In this document: positions 37,601-55,154 of the stretch, piece after piece
How the letters are laid out: every line of letters starts with the position of its first letter
Position numbering within the stretch: the stretch's first letter is position 1
DNA from: Podarcis liolepis
Taxonomy: Eukaryota
NCBI GenBank assembly: GCA_965112155.1
Contig: OZ218102.1
DNA: 64,000 nucleotides
Strand: one strand, 5' to 3'
Position numbers and translations under genes: made by a program
The notes under the pieces: generated by a model
What the model was told of the DNA's origin: nothing
What the model saw: the letters and a program-made list of their open reading frames with translations, nothing else
Databases searched by the model: none

Positions 37601-40600
37601 AGCAGCACACAATTCTTGACAGCCCTACATGGTATGCTTGGGAGTAAAGGTAGGACAGTACCTTTAGGGTTTGAGCAGCAGCTGCCGCCACCTGTGTGTG
37701 AGGAGAAAGGAAGCAGTTCATTGCCGCACTGAAGAGGCGGGAAAGGTGAGCCCAGCACAGATCCCACTGCAGCCTAGAGAATGGAGAGACCTTTTGTTAT
37801 GGACCAGCTGGGGAGTAGACCCAACACCACCCATCCATCTTCCCCACTACTCTCCTCCTTACTTTGCCAGATTGACATGTGCCCGCTCCATGACAGATAG
37901 CCAGGCCAGCAGAGGCTGAAGGTCATTTTCACTGGGTAAATAGTCATATAGGGCCTGGTAAAGCAGAATAGATAGCGTTATTGGTTGTTTACTGAATCTG
38001 AATTATTTTAAAGTTGTATTGATACTAGCTCGTGAATTGCTTTGAGAAGGGTTTTTGCCTTGAAAAGTAGGATATATATGTACCAAAACGAATAACTAAA
38101 TATTTGAGCCCCCAGGGCTGGTTATGCACCCCCCGCTCATCTAGTCTGACTCTTACAGTACTCACCACGATGATCTGGGCATTGAGTTCAGCTGGCAGGC
38201 AGGATGGGGGCGGCTGGGCAACGAAGAGGCTGTGGAAAGCTTTCATAGCACATGCTGTCACTAGCTGGGGGTGGAGAGAAGATGTGTAAAAATAAGTTCT
38301 TTTAAAAGCACCAGATACACTGGCTCCCCCACAAAAGCCAGTGTGCCAAATATGGTAATGAAGTGTCCCTCCTAAAGTGACAGGGCCATTATTTCCCATC
38401 CTGAAGAGGGACTTTAGAAGCATAGGTAATTCATACCAAGCCCCCATTGGTAACAAACAAAGACTATTCATGCTTTCATTCTTACTGAAGCATGTTGGCT
38501 CTCCCCACTGGGTGGTGTGGCACCCCCAGAGCAGCAGAGGCAGCGCCACAGAGCCACTGTTAACCAACAGAAGAGAGCTCACCACATGGCTGAGGGTCAT
38601 AACTCGAAGGAGGGTTTCGCAGCAAGATTTGACAGATGGGGCAGGCAGGCAGGGCAGCAAGTCACGCAGCAGGGTGAGTACATGAAGAGTGGTTGTGGCC
38701 TCTTTGGCACCTGGAAAACCAAAGAGGTCTAGCACTGCTACCTTCTCCAACACAGTTTGTTATTATAAAACTCACAGCCCACCCTTCAGGGAGATTTGTC
38801 CCAGAGCAGCTTGCAAATATTAATAAAACACAACTCATGAATCTCCCGTCTCCAATACCTCCAGCTTTCTCAATCTCTTGCACGCAGAACTTGGCAGCAG
38901 AAGATGCAGCTGGGTGATGCGAGGGAGCCCCATCCCCAAAGAGGAATTCGCTACCTCTCAGGATGGAGCAAACGCCATGCTGAGCAGCCTTGCGAACCTG
39001 CAACCGAGGAAAGGGGAGGGAGAGAGGGTGGTGAGCTGGGCTGTTTACTTCATGCCCAGCTCCAAGCAGTTGCATACTGGAAATGAGCTACATCTCTTAT
39101 TATACTTTACTGTTAGCCCCCATAGGCATTCCACATGGAAAGGTGGGACATACATTTAACAGATGAAACCAAAGCGAAAGTTACTGTGGCAGTGTTGGGG
39201 TGCATGCTGCCAAGTGCAGTGAAACTGACTGGTTTGTGCTGAACAGGGTAGGTGATGTGAACTCACCTTGGGCTTGACATGGACAGTAAAGCTGAGAATG
39301 CCATGAAAAACTTGCATCGTCACAGGGTAATTCCAAGCTACCAGGTTCTGTCTTCGCAGCAATGTAGCTAGGCAGGAGAGCACCTGAAAGCAGACAGATT
39401 AAGGATGGACATATAGAGTGCTATCAATATGCCAAGAAACATCCTTGAATACACGAGTGAGCCCTTAAGCCAGGGGTTCAGTTTAAAATTTCTGATGCAT
39501 CTGACACCACTACCTACGCCCTTTATCTTTGAGCCTATCAACAGGATTCATTCAACCCAGCACTGCTCCACACACCTTGCTTGTGGGGGTGGTGGGGTGA
39601 GAAGCAATAAACCAAGAAGCTATGCAGAATGGCCCCTGACTCCTGGACATGCATTTTTTATTTATTTATATTTCATTTCTGCATTATTTCCCATGAAGCA
39701 TCTCAAAGGGATTTCACAATACAATCACAAGTGCACATCACACTACATAAAGGATTCCATTAACCACAACAGCTGCCCACACCCAATATCCAGATGTCCC
39801 TCCTGCCCCACAGTTAGTCCTCTCCTGAAACACTTACCCAGCGCAGGGCTGAGGTGGAGTCTCCACAGGCTTGGGAGCCTAAGATCCCCATAAAGGCCTT
39901 TGATGTATCAGAGAATTTCTTGATCAGCACAGGACCTGGTACCCTATTAGGGAGTTAAGAGATAGGAGGAGGCATCAATGTTAGGCAAAAACAATAGCAA
40001 GTACAGTCATACCTTGGAAGTCGAACAGAATCCATTACAGAAGTCTGTTCAACTTCCAAAATGTTCGGAAACCGAAGTGCAGCTTCTGATTGGCTGCAGG
40101 AAGCTCCTGCAGCCAATCAGAAGCCACGGAAGCCCTGTTGTATGTTCTGCTTCCAAAAGAATGTTTGAAAACCAGAACACTCACTTCCGGGTTTCAATCG
40201 TTCAGGAGCCAATTTGTTCATGAGCCAAGGCATTCAAGATCCAAGGCATCACTATATTCCACTACCCTTTGCTTCCAAGGAACTTTACTCTCTTGCAGCT
40301 AGGCTTAGTTTGGTAGCACCCTATACTTCTAATCTCCCAGTACATGAATCACCCACTCTGTTTCAAAAGACAAGAGAGTCACCAAAGGCCCAGACCAGCT
40401 CTTGCACTTAATCACTTGCAGTTATCCACTGTCAAGTTTAAGAGCAACAACATCCACACTTGGGTCATGGTGGGCAATTCTGGTCATCTTATCTAAACAG
40501 AGATATAGTGAAGAGGTAAATGTACACAGAAGTGCTTGAGTGATGAGGGCTGCAGAAAAGATACCAAAAAATGAATGTCTAATAGATTCAGGATTTTTTA

Positions 40601-43600
40601 GCAATAAGGACAGTTTAAAAGGTCAGGTGCAAAAAATTGCTAGGGGACTTTTATTTCAGTAACACATCATATGAATGTGTCAATCAATTAAACAGCAACA
40701 GCAACACAAAGAGGAAGGATATTTATCTTGGGGACTCATTGCCAAAATACAAGAAAAAAGAGGTCAAGAGTGTAAATGGATTCACAACAGGGCCCAACAC
40801 ATTCAATAGCTACATCCAGATCAGCCTTTGTCCAGGAAATAGTCAAGATAGCATTGAAGGTTATGCTTGCACCCTCAATTGTTCTAATCCTTTTCTAAAG
40901 CATCCTGACATGGGCCACTGTTCTGGTCCAGAAGTACTTCTCTCATGTTCTTAGAACTCACCTCTTCAACACCAGATTCAGCAGGTAAGCAACAGCAGCC
41001 AGGGACTCTGGAGATTCCACAGCTTCCAGAGTAGTCATCTGGGGAGACATAGTATGGTGCAAGAAGTAATCAGAAAGGATGTTGGACTCCCTGGGATTGC
41101 ATCTTGAAGTCTAACGGAGCACCTTTAGGTTATTGGTTTGTTTTTGCTCTTATTATGTTTCTATTATGTACTTTGTGGTTTTATTCTGTATTTTTATGCT
41201 ATGAACCACCTTGAGATCTTCAGATGAAGGGCAGTATCCAAATTTAATTAAATAATAATAATGGCAACAACAACCTGGCCAAATGCTGGCTCATGTGACA
41301 ATCTTCCCCCACCTCCCATATTGTTATGATAAAATGCAGGATATGCTGCAAGGAGCACCCAATCATAGCACCTGTATATGAATGTCAGAAATATGGACAA
41401 GGGCTGTGTTGTGGGGCTTAATTGTTATCATGACTTCATTGGCTCCCTCTGCAGTTGCTACCATGGGTGGGTTATGGATGCCCCATTTTGCAATTTTCTT
41501 AGTGGTTTATTTCCCCGTTCCCTAGGCTGAGTGCATATCAAGTGGAGCCTTCTCTCACCACCATCACTCCGACTGGTGTTTGGAATTGTTTCATCCAGTG
41601 GGATTGGTGTTGGTTGTGCTTACTGAATTTTATGTAAGCTTCCCTGGAAATTTTCCTTGAAGGGCAAGATGTAAATGTAGTAATAAAATAAATAAGTAAA
41701 TAGCATGAAGGGAAGTAAGATAAACTGTTCATGCAAATGCTACAAGGTCTTGCCATTACTTCCTGTCTGCTATTTGCCTTATGACGGTCAAGTCTGTTTG
41801 TTTATTGGGATTATTGATGAGTACTGCGATCACAGCAGTTGTTGGTAACCACACTCAACTGTACATATCAGTGACCTGAAACCTCCAGGTAGCTCCTGCC
41901 TGCCTCATTTTACAGTACTGGTACTTACCAATGCACCAAAATACTCTGTCTCACTCTCTACGCCACCCTGTGCTCGGATCACCTCGGTGACAGCAGCCAA
42001 TACCGCACATATCTATCAAAGAATCCAAGTGTGAGAATTCAGATTAAAGCCCAAATTAATTTAACATTCCCTCACAACATGCCACCCCAACACCTACATG
42101 TAAACATTGTTGTCCATCCCTATGAATGCTTCCCGGAGAGACTGAAAACTTCACCATTGATTACTGGTCACCATGATTTCGACATAGATAAGCAAATAGC
42201 TGGAAGAGCAGACCAGCTATCTATAACCACTGTGCTGGGCTCTTGAGCTGACATGAGAGTAGGAGGATTGTGTCTGAACTAGAGATCCAGGGAGATGAGC
42301 GGTAGATTGACATTCATTTCACTTGCTCCTTCAATCTGGAGGTGGAGGCACAATGCCCACTTTTCTCATTCTTGCAATCTAAGTATGAATTCAAGTTCTG
42401 CTTTAAATTTCCAAAATGGCATAGCAATTCTTCCTCCATTTCCCTCAGAACAATGAAGGCGTCAAAGTGCCCCCAATATGTAGCAGGAAGCCAGTGTATT
42501 CATAACGTGCCTCTGAGGATCCATCTCTTACATTATTACCAGACAGCCAACAACTATAAACTGTTCAATACTGAATAACAAATATAGTGCACACAGTTCT
42601 CAGTTATGAACAGAGAGAGGCAGATTGGCAACTCTTACGAATATGATTACAGTGGTACTCGGGTTAAGAACTTAATTCATTCTGGAGGTCCATTCTTAAC
42701 CTGAAACTGTTCTTAACCTGAGGTACCACTTTAGCTAATGGGGCCTCCCGCTGCCACAGCACAATTTCTGTTCTCATCCTGAAGCAAAGTTCTTAACCCG
42801 AGGTACTATTTCTGGGTTAGCGGAGTCTGTAACCTGAAGCATCCGTAACCTGAGGTACCACTGTATTACTTATTAATCTTGTAGCTTTAGGGCAGTTAAC
42901 AATGAGCTAACAACATAACTGCTGCTTTAGTGACACACTGTCAGTTGACTGCTGTTACTTCTTTTAGTCTATCACTTTGGTTGTTTGGTGTCCACTTTTC
43001 TCTGTTCCTTCTAATGTATTGTTTACCCACTTTCTTCTCTGCTGGCCTCTCTTCCACTCCATCTCCTCTTACAGTCAAAAACTGACTTTTTCCTCTGCGT
43101 GCTTTCCCCCAATATTCTATGCCCCTCCCTTTCACCACCCTTGTGACCTCCTAGGAGTTGGCATTCAATTACCTCCTTGTGAGCAGCAGAGTTGGACTCC
43201 CAGAAACGTTGCACTTTACTGAAGGTGAGGCTGGTGCAGTCACTCAGTCCACTCAGGAAGGTGGCTGAAGATCTGTGGGTCTTAGCAGTTTCGGCATTGT
43301 CATCCTCCTCCATGCGCAGCTGACTCCCTTCCCCATCCCGTGAGGCAGGCAGGGGTCCTGATGACTGCAGTTCATTGTGCAGTTTCAGAGCATCCACAGT
43401 CAGGTTACTGTTTTCTATAAGGGAAAGACAAACCTTCAATCAACACTGGGGAGGGAACACACTTCATAACGGATTGCTATAAGGTTTCTGTCCATATAAG
43501 GCCTACCAAGAGAGTCACAAATGACAAGCCAAGTTGTTTCCAGGCAATCCAGAAAGGAGATTAATCCACAACAGGCTGGCCATGGCTTTAGACAGCTACT

Positions 43601-44191
43601 CATTGGCTTGGTATCAAAGTTTGCACAAGTATCCTTCCACAACTATTACTTATTCCAACTTAACCATCAATGAACAAGTACTACAGGCAGCAGTACTTCA
43701 CCCATAGCAACAAGGGTCGCTGTGGAAAATGAAACGTCACACTTAATAGGAGAAAATATATACTTCTTGCCTTTTGTATTGTGTTATGGGGCACATAAGA
43801 TGCTGACACTAGCTATATCACACAGGGTGGGTACAGGAACTCATTCATGTCGGACAGTTCCACGGTTTTAACGTTCAATAGCGTAGGATAACTAAACAAA
43901 GTGCATTTCTCCGGGTGAAGAATGCTTTTCTTAAACCCCATGACGCCATAAGCCCTTGTAGCAGATTTCTCTCTCTCTGAATCCCTTCTATTCCGATCCC
44001 CCCTCCTTCTATAAGTGTATTCTATTCCCCCACTTTTCCTGGGCGCACATACCGGATCGGGGAGCGAGCAAGCGACCCCTGGCAGCCAGGCGGTAGCGTC
44101 TCCCCTCCGGGTTACTGTCGCTGCTATGCCCCTTGCGCCAGCGCTTGAGTTTACTGGCAGAGCCAGAGCGCAGCTTGCCCGAACGCCCCAT
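23802..44191 (-). CDS. RRP12: RRP12-like protein (ribosomal RNA processing 12; HEAT/NUC173), 34 coding exons, 1296 aa
   Basis: Exons: 44053-44191, 43173-43414, 41929-42012, 40962-41038, 39838-39943, 39267-39383, 38859-38997, 38583-38710, 38166-38264, 37863-37954, 37662-37773, 37016-37116, 36806-36920, 36377-36519, 35732-35853, 35108-35172, 34823-34985, 34401-34555, 32891-32958, 32385-32478, 31463-31621, 31280-31360, 30268-30373, 29209-29316, 28673-28830, 28214-28305, 27641-27799, 27281-27453, 27041-27154, 26070-26119, 25757-25835, 25086-25153, 24538-24617, 23802-23904. Sum is 3891 nt and phases are consistent. N-terminus [28 protein letters not shown]; internal [16 protein letters not shown] and IWTLLPGFC; C-terminal [17 protein letters not shown]. 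Confidence 0.96.
33820..34123 (+). mobile_element. L2-type LINE 3' end with (TAT)n tail
   Basis: agggccttct..ccagccctgtggaataccctc..catttgaaagcagcc; ends in (ATT)n at 34079-34123; sister copy at 59467-59768. Confidence 0.75.
34597..34631 (+). repeat. (GAAA)n microsatellite
   Basis: gaaagaaagaaa run; reads (TTTC)n on the RRP12 sense strand, upstream of exon 18. Confidence 0.9.
40004..40254. mobile_element. Tigger-like MITE with internal palindrome
   Basis: TA|CAGTCATACCTTGG ... CCAAGGCATCACTA|TA; central hairpin gcttctgattggctgcagga-agc-tcctgcagccaatcagaagc. Confidence 0.75.
42650..42863. mobile_element. Tigger/pogo-like MITE, same family as 48254-48495, inverted orientation
   Basis: TA|CAGTGGTACTCG ... 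GAGGTACCACTG|TA; its reverse complement aligns with the 48254 copy; RRP12 intron 2. Confidence 0.88.
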
Positions 44192-44194
44192 TCT

Positions 44195-44420
44195 GAACGG
44201 CGCAGGCCACGAGAAATCCCACGTGCAGCTCCTCAGTTCCGCCTTGTTTTCCAAGTACTTCCGGTTATCCGCCTCCGTGCGGAGAATCAACTTCCGCTTT
44301 CCCTCTAACATTTTCCGCTGCTATCCAAAGAGGTAAAGGGGAAAAAATACAACATCCACTTCCGACCCCGTTAATAACCCTTCGTATGCGACGAAAGGGT
44401 AGTGGGCGTAAAAGGCCGGG
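44195..44420 (-). promoter_or_regulatory. RRP12 promoter/5'UTR with ETS(GABP) sites and E-box
   Basis: ACTTCCGG at 44257-44264, ACTTCCG at 44290-44296, further CTTCCG near 44360; CACGTG at 44220-44225; CpG-rich. Confidence 0.65.
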
Positions 44421-45554
44421 AGTAGAATCTTAATGCTGTCGCAATTCCTTGACTCACTAGATGAGTCTATTTGTCTGCTATGGCAGCAGAAGGTGTTTTC
44501 TTTTTTTAAAAAAGGTGGTTAAATTGTTCACGAGCGTGGTGAAGATTGATAGCAAAAATTAGATATAAAGCGGATTTCGAACTTGTGGGGTTTTTTTAAT
44601 TAACTAAGAGTTAAATTATTGTTTAGTGCCATATTCGTTGATCCCATTCCTTCTTGACAATTATTCGCAGAAAGGCATGGGTTCCAACTCCATCTCTGCC
44701 GCGTATTGGTGTATTGACTGCAAACCCCCAAATTTAGAATCCCCTCCATACCAGTGCCAACGTTTTGCAATCGTTTTGCAGAGTTTTTCAGCCCAATTTT
44801 ACGTTTTGCAGTGGCCCCCGAACTGAGAAATTGATACATCAAACCAGGGGTCATGGGTGTCACCCCAAAACCCAATGTTGTCCGATACTCTCCAAAACAG
44901 TGCCAAAGTTTTGCAGTTGTTTTGCAGTAGAAACCTCAAGCTTTGCAGCACTTTCCAAACTGTGTTTTCTAGTTAACAGCACGCAAAACCCCAGCTTGTC
45001 TAATTTACTCCAAATGGATAGTTTGGTGTATCTGTTTCACAGTTTGGGGGATGTGGCAAAATGCCTGAATAACTTAGGCACCGGTTTGGAGGAGATCCCA
45101 AATTTTGGGGTGCATTGTTAGTGAAGCTAGATGTAGCACTCAAAAATGCTACATTTTGTTTTCAAGAGCAAGGCTGGTGGAAAATATAACACCAGTTTGT
45201 CTTGTATGAAAATTGGGTAACCTGGAGGCACAGTGCCTTAGGCAGCATTGATTAGTGCCTACACTGTGACCATGTGCCTTGGAGGCCATTTATGGAAGAG
45301 TGTGCCTTGGGGGGTAAAGTCAAACCATTGGAGAGTTAAAGCACCTGCTGTGTCTGTAGATACCAATACAGGAAATATATGTTTTATTGCAGGTGGGGCA
45401 GAGGAAGCAGGAGTGCCAACTTGGACCTGTGACCATGGGTGCCCGGGCCCATGGTACCATGCAGTGTGCCTGGCCCCGGCACCAACATTTGTGGGTGCCA
45501 AGCCCCTTCATGGGGAATTTTGTGGGTGCTCATGTTGGAGTTGGCACCTATGAG

Positions 45555-46045
45555 GGGAAGACATCTGTTACAGATGCCCCGTGATGTTGCTTCTCTCTGT
45601 GCTTCTGCCAGCGGTCATTCTTCCTCTGGTCCATGCTGTGAATACACAACCTGTCTGTCTATCTCCAGGCACAGTGGACGTCTGCAAGGGATTCCCACAC
45701 TGCAAGATTAATGTTGTCAACCTTCATGTCGTGTTTGCGGACATCTTTGTAACACAGAGTTGATGTAGTGCCTGAAGCCAGCTCCCTGTAGAGATCCTTG
45801 GGGAACCTGCCTGGCTGGTCATGTGTACATGACCAAGGTTGCTAAGACAGAAGTGCAAATAGGCTGGGAATGTGGGCTTGGGAGAGCACATCTTTGTTTG
45901 AGACTCTGTCCTGCCATGCGATGCCCAAAATCTTCCTGACGCAGCACATATGGAAGGCATTGGGGTGTCACTCCTGCCCATGACTCACGTCCACAAAGCA
46001 GCACGCTCAACACGCAAGCCTAGAAGACCTTCATTTTGGTATTGG
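45555..46045 (-). mobile_element. Degenerate RTE-clade LINE fragment
   Basis: With frameshifts, the minus strand reads TKMKVF*ACVLSVLL.G.ESW..NAFHMCCVRKILGIAWQDRVSNKDVLSQAHIPSLFALL..GHV..PKDL..ELASG..YKDVRKHDMK..WESLAD. Confidence 0.8.
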
Positions 46046-47764
46046 TTGTTAGCATCACATTCTCTCATACACTTTTGTGAAGATTTTTTCAGGCCAGTAT
46101 CACTTTAGCAGGGGTGGGGGTCAGATATCTGCCCTGAAAATAAGGTGGGACTTTCATTCCTTTACACTCTAGCTTTCTAGAGGCAGAATTCCCTGCCACA
46201 CAAGAGGAACATTCAAGCATGCAAAGTTGCAAACACCCCCCCCCAATGCCTGGACTGGCTATGAGCCTGTGCTATAGGTGTTAAGTGTCTACTGTTCACT
46301 AGCATGTGGCTGTTCCAAGGCATTCATCCTATGCAAAGCTGGTGCTCATTTTGAAGTACACCAACTGGAATTTATGGCTCCCCTTATGATACAACTCTAA
46401 CCTGCCCAGTCTGGCTCCTTAGGGATCTATCCTCCTTGCTGTGTTAAATAACATCTTGAATTAAGGGTGAAATTTAAAAACAGAGCAGTCCACGGGGATG
46501 AAGGGATAGCACCAGATGAAACGGGGGAGAGGGGCAGAGAAGGAGCAAAGTATACTTCTGGATGAGCAAGTTGTGTCCTCACGTTAAGATCTCTGGCAGA
46601 AAAATTACCATAATGTTAATGACAGGTGTCTAGCAGCTGAAGAGGGTGGAGTGAGGGCGAGCTCATTAATTTGGGGGGGCACTCTCCCCCACCGCGCCCC
46701 CTCTAGCACAGCCCGTGTGGGATGCCCAGGCACATTGCAATAGTAACCATCCCAGCGGATGAAGGTCACGTTGCCCTTCGCGTGCGCTTCGTGAGCGCCG
46801 TGCCTGAGGGAGCGACCAGGCGCCTCCTTCTGGACGCATGCGCCAAACCTTCATAGTTCCTCCTAAAAAACGCACGTATGGATTCCAGTCTGAGACACAG
46901 ACGGCCGGACAGAAAACTAGAGCATGCGCAATACTGAATCCGGAGGGAGGGGGTTGAGTGGGGCTAGAATGCCCATAGAGATTGTAAAGGTTCAGAGGTA
47001 CAATTCAACTATCTGGAGGCAAACTTCCTGGCTCCTTTAAAAGCGGTTTTAGTTTCTCCTGGGTTGGAAGAACTGCTCAGAGAAGTCAGTGAATGGAGAT
47101 ATTAAGAATTTTTATGTAGCGTGCTCCTTTGTAATCCAGATCTTATTTTGTGTGGCAGGTGCTATTTAACATAGTTTCAATACACTGACAAATTGCTCGG
47201 CCATTAGCCAGTTATTTCATATGGAGCCCACTTGCAAAGTAGAGATGGGCCCAAGCCTTCTTTCCAACAACAACAACAAAAAGCCCCATAGAAAACACTC
47301 TTAAGGTTGCCACAAATATACTTTAATTATCTTCTCCTCGGACTTGTTCACAGCCGAAATTGGCGATCAACTCTGTTGACTTGCATAAAGATGCGCTGCA
47401 CTTAGCGTTTAGAAACATGTCTTAAATATGATTTTCACACGAAAAGTTCTGCACACCTATCTTGGCTGCTGCGTTTGGCGAGAGGGAGCTCTGCTGCCCA
47501 ATCACAACTAAGCCGAAACCTTAGATTTCTTTCTTTCTTGATGGGCAACTCTCATTTCTCTTGGGTAGAAAAACGTTATGCGAAAAGCGAGCCCGGAATT
47601 TGTCCGATGCCTGTCTGCGCGGATGCCTGAGATGCGCCACCACGGAGGGCTGGTCTTTGGGCGCACGCCCCTTGCCTGGCCGAGCGTCTCCCGGTCGGTG
47701 GCGTCGCAGTGTGTAGAGTGCATCCGCGGCGCTTGCATCGCACCCCAGCTTCTCGGTTCCCGCC

Positions 47765-52772
<5,008 letters not shown>

Positions 52773-53582
52773 AGGCAAACCCAAGTACTCCGTAGAAGAT
52801 CTCCCCCTCCCTCATCCCTTTCCTTCCCAGCACATGCCTGCCACAGCCTGAGGGACTGGGCAGACGAGCCAAAGGAGGTGAAGCTTCCTGGGGCCACCAC
52901 GTTCTTTCCTTCAAGACCAACGTCCTTCCACATTCACTTTCCCCCCAGCAGGATATGGCTAGATACACTAGGGATGTGGACCACAGTCCAGCACAGGGGT
53001 CTGGCAGATGAGCAAGCCCTAGCGCCATGGAATGTGATGCTGCTAAAGTGAAGGGGGGAATCCCCAAGCATTCCGAAGAGAGAGCCCCTCCTGCCTTCTT
53101 TCCATTTTATGTGGCAGCTGTAGTAGTATTGCTCGATTTGGTTTGGTCACTGGTGATTAAGGCTAGCTAGGGGTGCTTCAGCCAGCACAACAGGGATGCT
53201 CAAGGACCATTTATTTTTTATGGGTCTTTTTAAAGAGAGCATGTAATTTTGCTAAAGAGTCTTTTTTATTTTTAGTTGTCCCTGGAGTTACGTCTGATTC
53301 TTTATTAGGTAACAATAGCCAGCTCGTTATTTCATTGCCTTCAAAATGATTGTAGGAAGGAGTGAAGCTAGGGGAAGAGAAAAGGGAACAGCACCCACCC
53401 TGGAATCTCCAGCTGCGATCCCGTAACTTTGCTGTGTAGTGCCAGTAAGCCCAGATACTGTGTATCATCATGTGTTGCTTTTCTGCCCCACAGTCTGTGT
53501 GGTATCCCTGCCTGATTTAGGGCAGGTTTACACTGGAGCTCACTTCACTGTACAATGGCTGCATTTGCCCTAATCTCAGTAA

Positions 53583-53588
53583 AATAAA
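53583..53588 (+). terminator. Probable PGAM1 polyadenylation signal AATAAA
   Basis: AATAAA about 810 nt after the stop codon, followed by GT-rich sequence (tgtgtctgt). Confidence 0.7.
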
Positions 53589-54366
53589 GGAATTATGTGC
53601 AATAGCTCCTGTGTCTGTACAATCTTATTGATTCCAAGAAATAGTGTTACTTGTTGCCCCCCCTATGCTGACTCTTCATCTCTCCTTTCCCATTTAGTCA
53701 CAGTATCTATCCACTGCAAGCAGGTCTGAAAAGGACCCAGGTCATCTTTTGTTCCATCTTAAAACTACTGGCTGTGGAGCCCATGTAGGTAAAGTCCATA
53801 TAAGGACAAGTCTTATGTTCTACTCTAGCTGATCCCCAAACCACTCCCAAGGTGAGCACTGCAGGTGGTTGGTGTCCCTGTTGGCTTACACACACACAAC
53901 TGCTACTGATCAACAGGGAAGTACAGTTCCCAAGTACGGGATTCCCCTTCCACGTGGCCCTGCTGGCAAAGAGAGGGATTCAAACCATTATGTTTTCCTT
54001 TTCTTCTTTTTTCAGATTTGGTTACTAGTTTACATGTGAATGTCAAAACATTGCAATACTGTGGATACTAAACATAAGCCAGTGCTGTATACAGAAAATG
54101 TGAACACAAGAGTAATAGGAGGGAACACAAAGGTCAATCCTGGTTTACTTATATTCAAACATTTATGTTTAGATAGGAACAATATCAAATTTCCTTTGTT
54201 TGTGACTAGGCATTCATTCCTTTGGTTCTCCCCCTCGAGTGCCTTGGAGCTATCTAATTCAGAACCTGGGCACTGCCTGGGATCCTGCACACCTGATCAC
54301 CACCCTTGCATATCCTCCAACAAGAGCAGGGGGTTCACTAGATCAAACTATCTAGGACTGAATGTA

Positions 54367-54720
54367 AAAAAGGTAAAGGGACCCCTGACCATTAAGTCCA
54401 GTCGTGGACTACTCTGGGGTTGCGGTGCTCATCTCGCTTTATTGGCCAAGGGAGCTGGTGTTTGTCCGCAGACAGCTTCCGGGTCATGTGGCCAGCATGA
54501 CTAAGCCGCTTCTGGTGAACCAGAGCAACGCACATTTACCTTCCCGCCAGAGCGGTACCTATTTATCTACTCACACTTTGACGTGCTTTTGAACTGCTAG
54601 GTGGGCAGGAGCTGGGACCGAACAACAGGAGCTCACTCTGTCGCGGGGATTTGAACTGCCGACCTTCCAATCGGCAAGCCCTAGGCTCAGTGGTTCAGAC
54701 CACAGTGCCACCCGCATCCC
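54367..54720 (-). mobile_element. Full-length Sauria-type SINE
   Basis: tRNA-like head on minus (GGTGGCACTGTGG A-box, GTTCAAATCC B-box), ACCTTT tail, 13-bp TSD aggactgaatgta at 54354-54366 and 54721-54733. Confidence 0.92.
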
Positions 54721-54857
54721 AGGACTGAATGTACCCAAGTTCAAAGGAGGAAGTTAACCACCTCTAGAGAAAAGCTTTTATATTGCCTATAGGTGGTATT
54801 TATTAAAGATAAAAAACAGTACTGCTTATGGCTCAGAAAGGAAGAATGGAAGACAGT

Positions 54858-54863
54858 TTTATT
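54858..54863 (-). terminator. Candidate EXOSC1 polyadenylation signal
   Basis: tttatt on + at 54858-54863, with a second at 54799-54804, about 300 nt past the EXOSC1 stop. Confidence 0.5.
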
Positions 54864-55154
54864 TGTCCTTTACCAGGTGTTAAGATTAAAATCAGGCAGA
54901 AAAGACAGGGACAACAGGGAAGAGTTGGTTGGTTTATAAAACAGTACAACAGCAATATAAAGTTAAGAGGAATCAGGAGTGATCAACTTTTCTTTCCCAT
55001 TCCAGAAGCCAAAGTGGCCCAGCTCTGTTTTGCACACTCATAAGGTCCATTCACAGCAACAGCAAAGGAGGCTGCTCCCATGCCCCTCTAAGCTTGCAAG
55101 CTGTAGCAAAGCCTTTCATGTACTTGCTGTGCATCTTGGGGCATACATCAGTCA

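Noticed and set aside
38025-38753. 242-aa ORF as a standalone gene
   Set aside because: It is RRP12 exons 8 and 9 joined through an intron that happens to be open in frame.
23802-44191. Intronic snoRNAs in RRP12 (ribosome-biogenesis host gene)
   Set aside because: I recognised no convincing C/D box pair with a terminal stem and no H/ACA double hairpin by eye; an Rfam/snoscan search would be needed to exclude them.
45259-45501. Retroviral integrase-like peptide (GHPWSQVQV..VLVSTDT)
   Set aside because: Only superficial resemblance, with no DDE spacing, LTRs or other gag/pol remnants visible.
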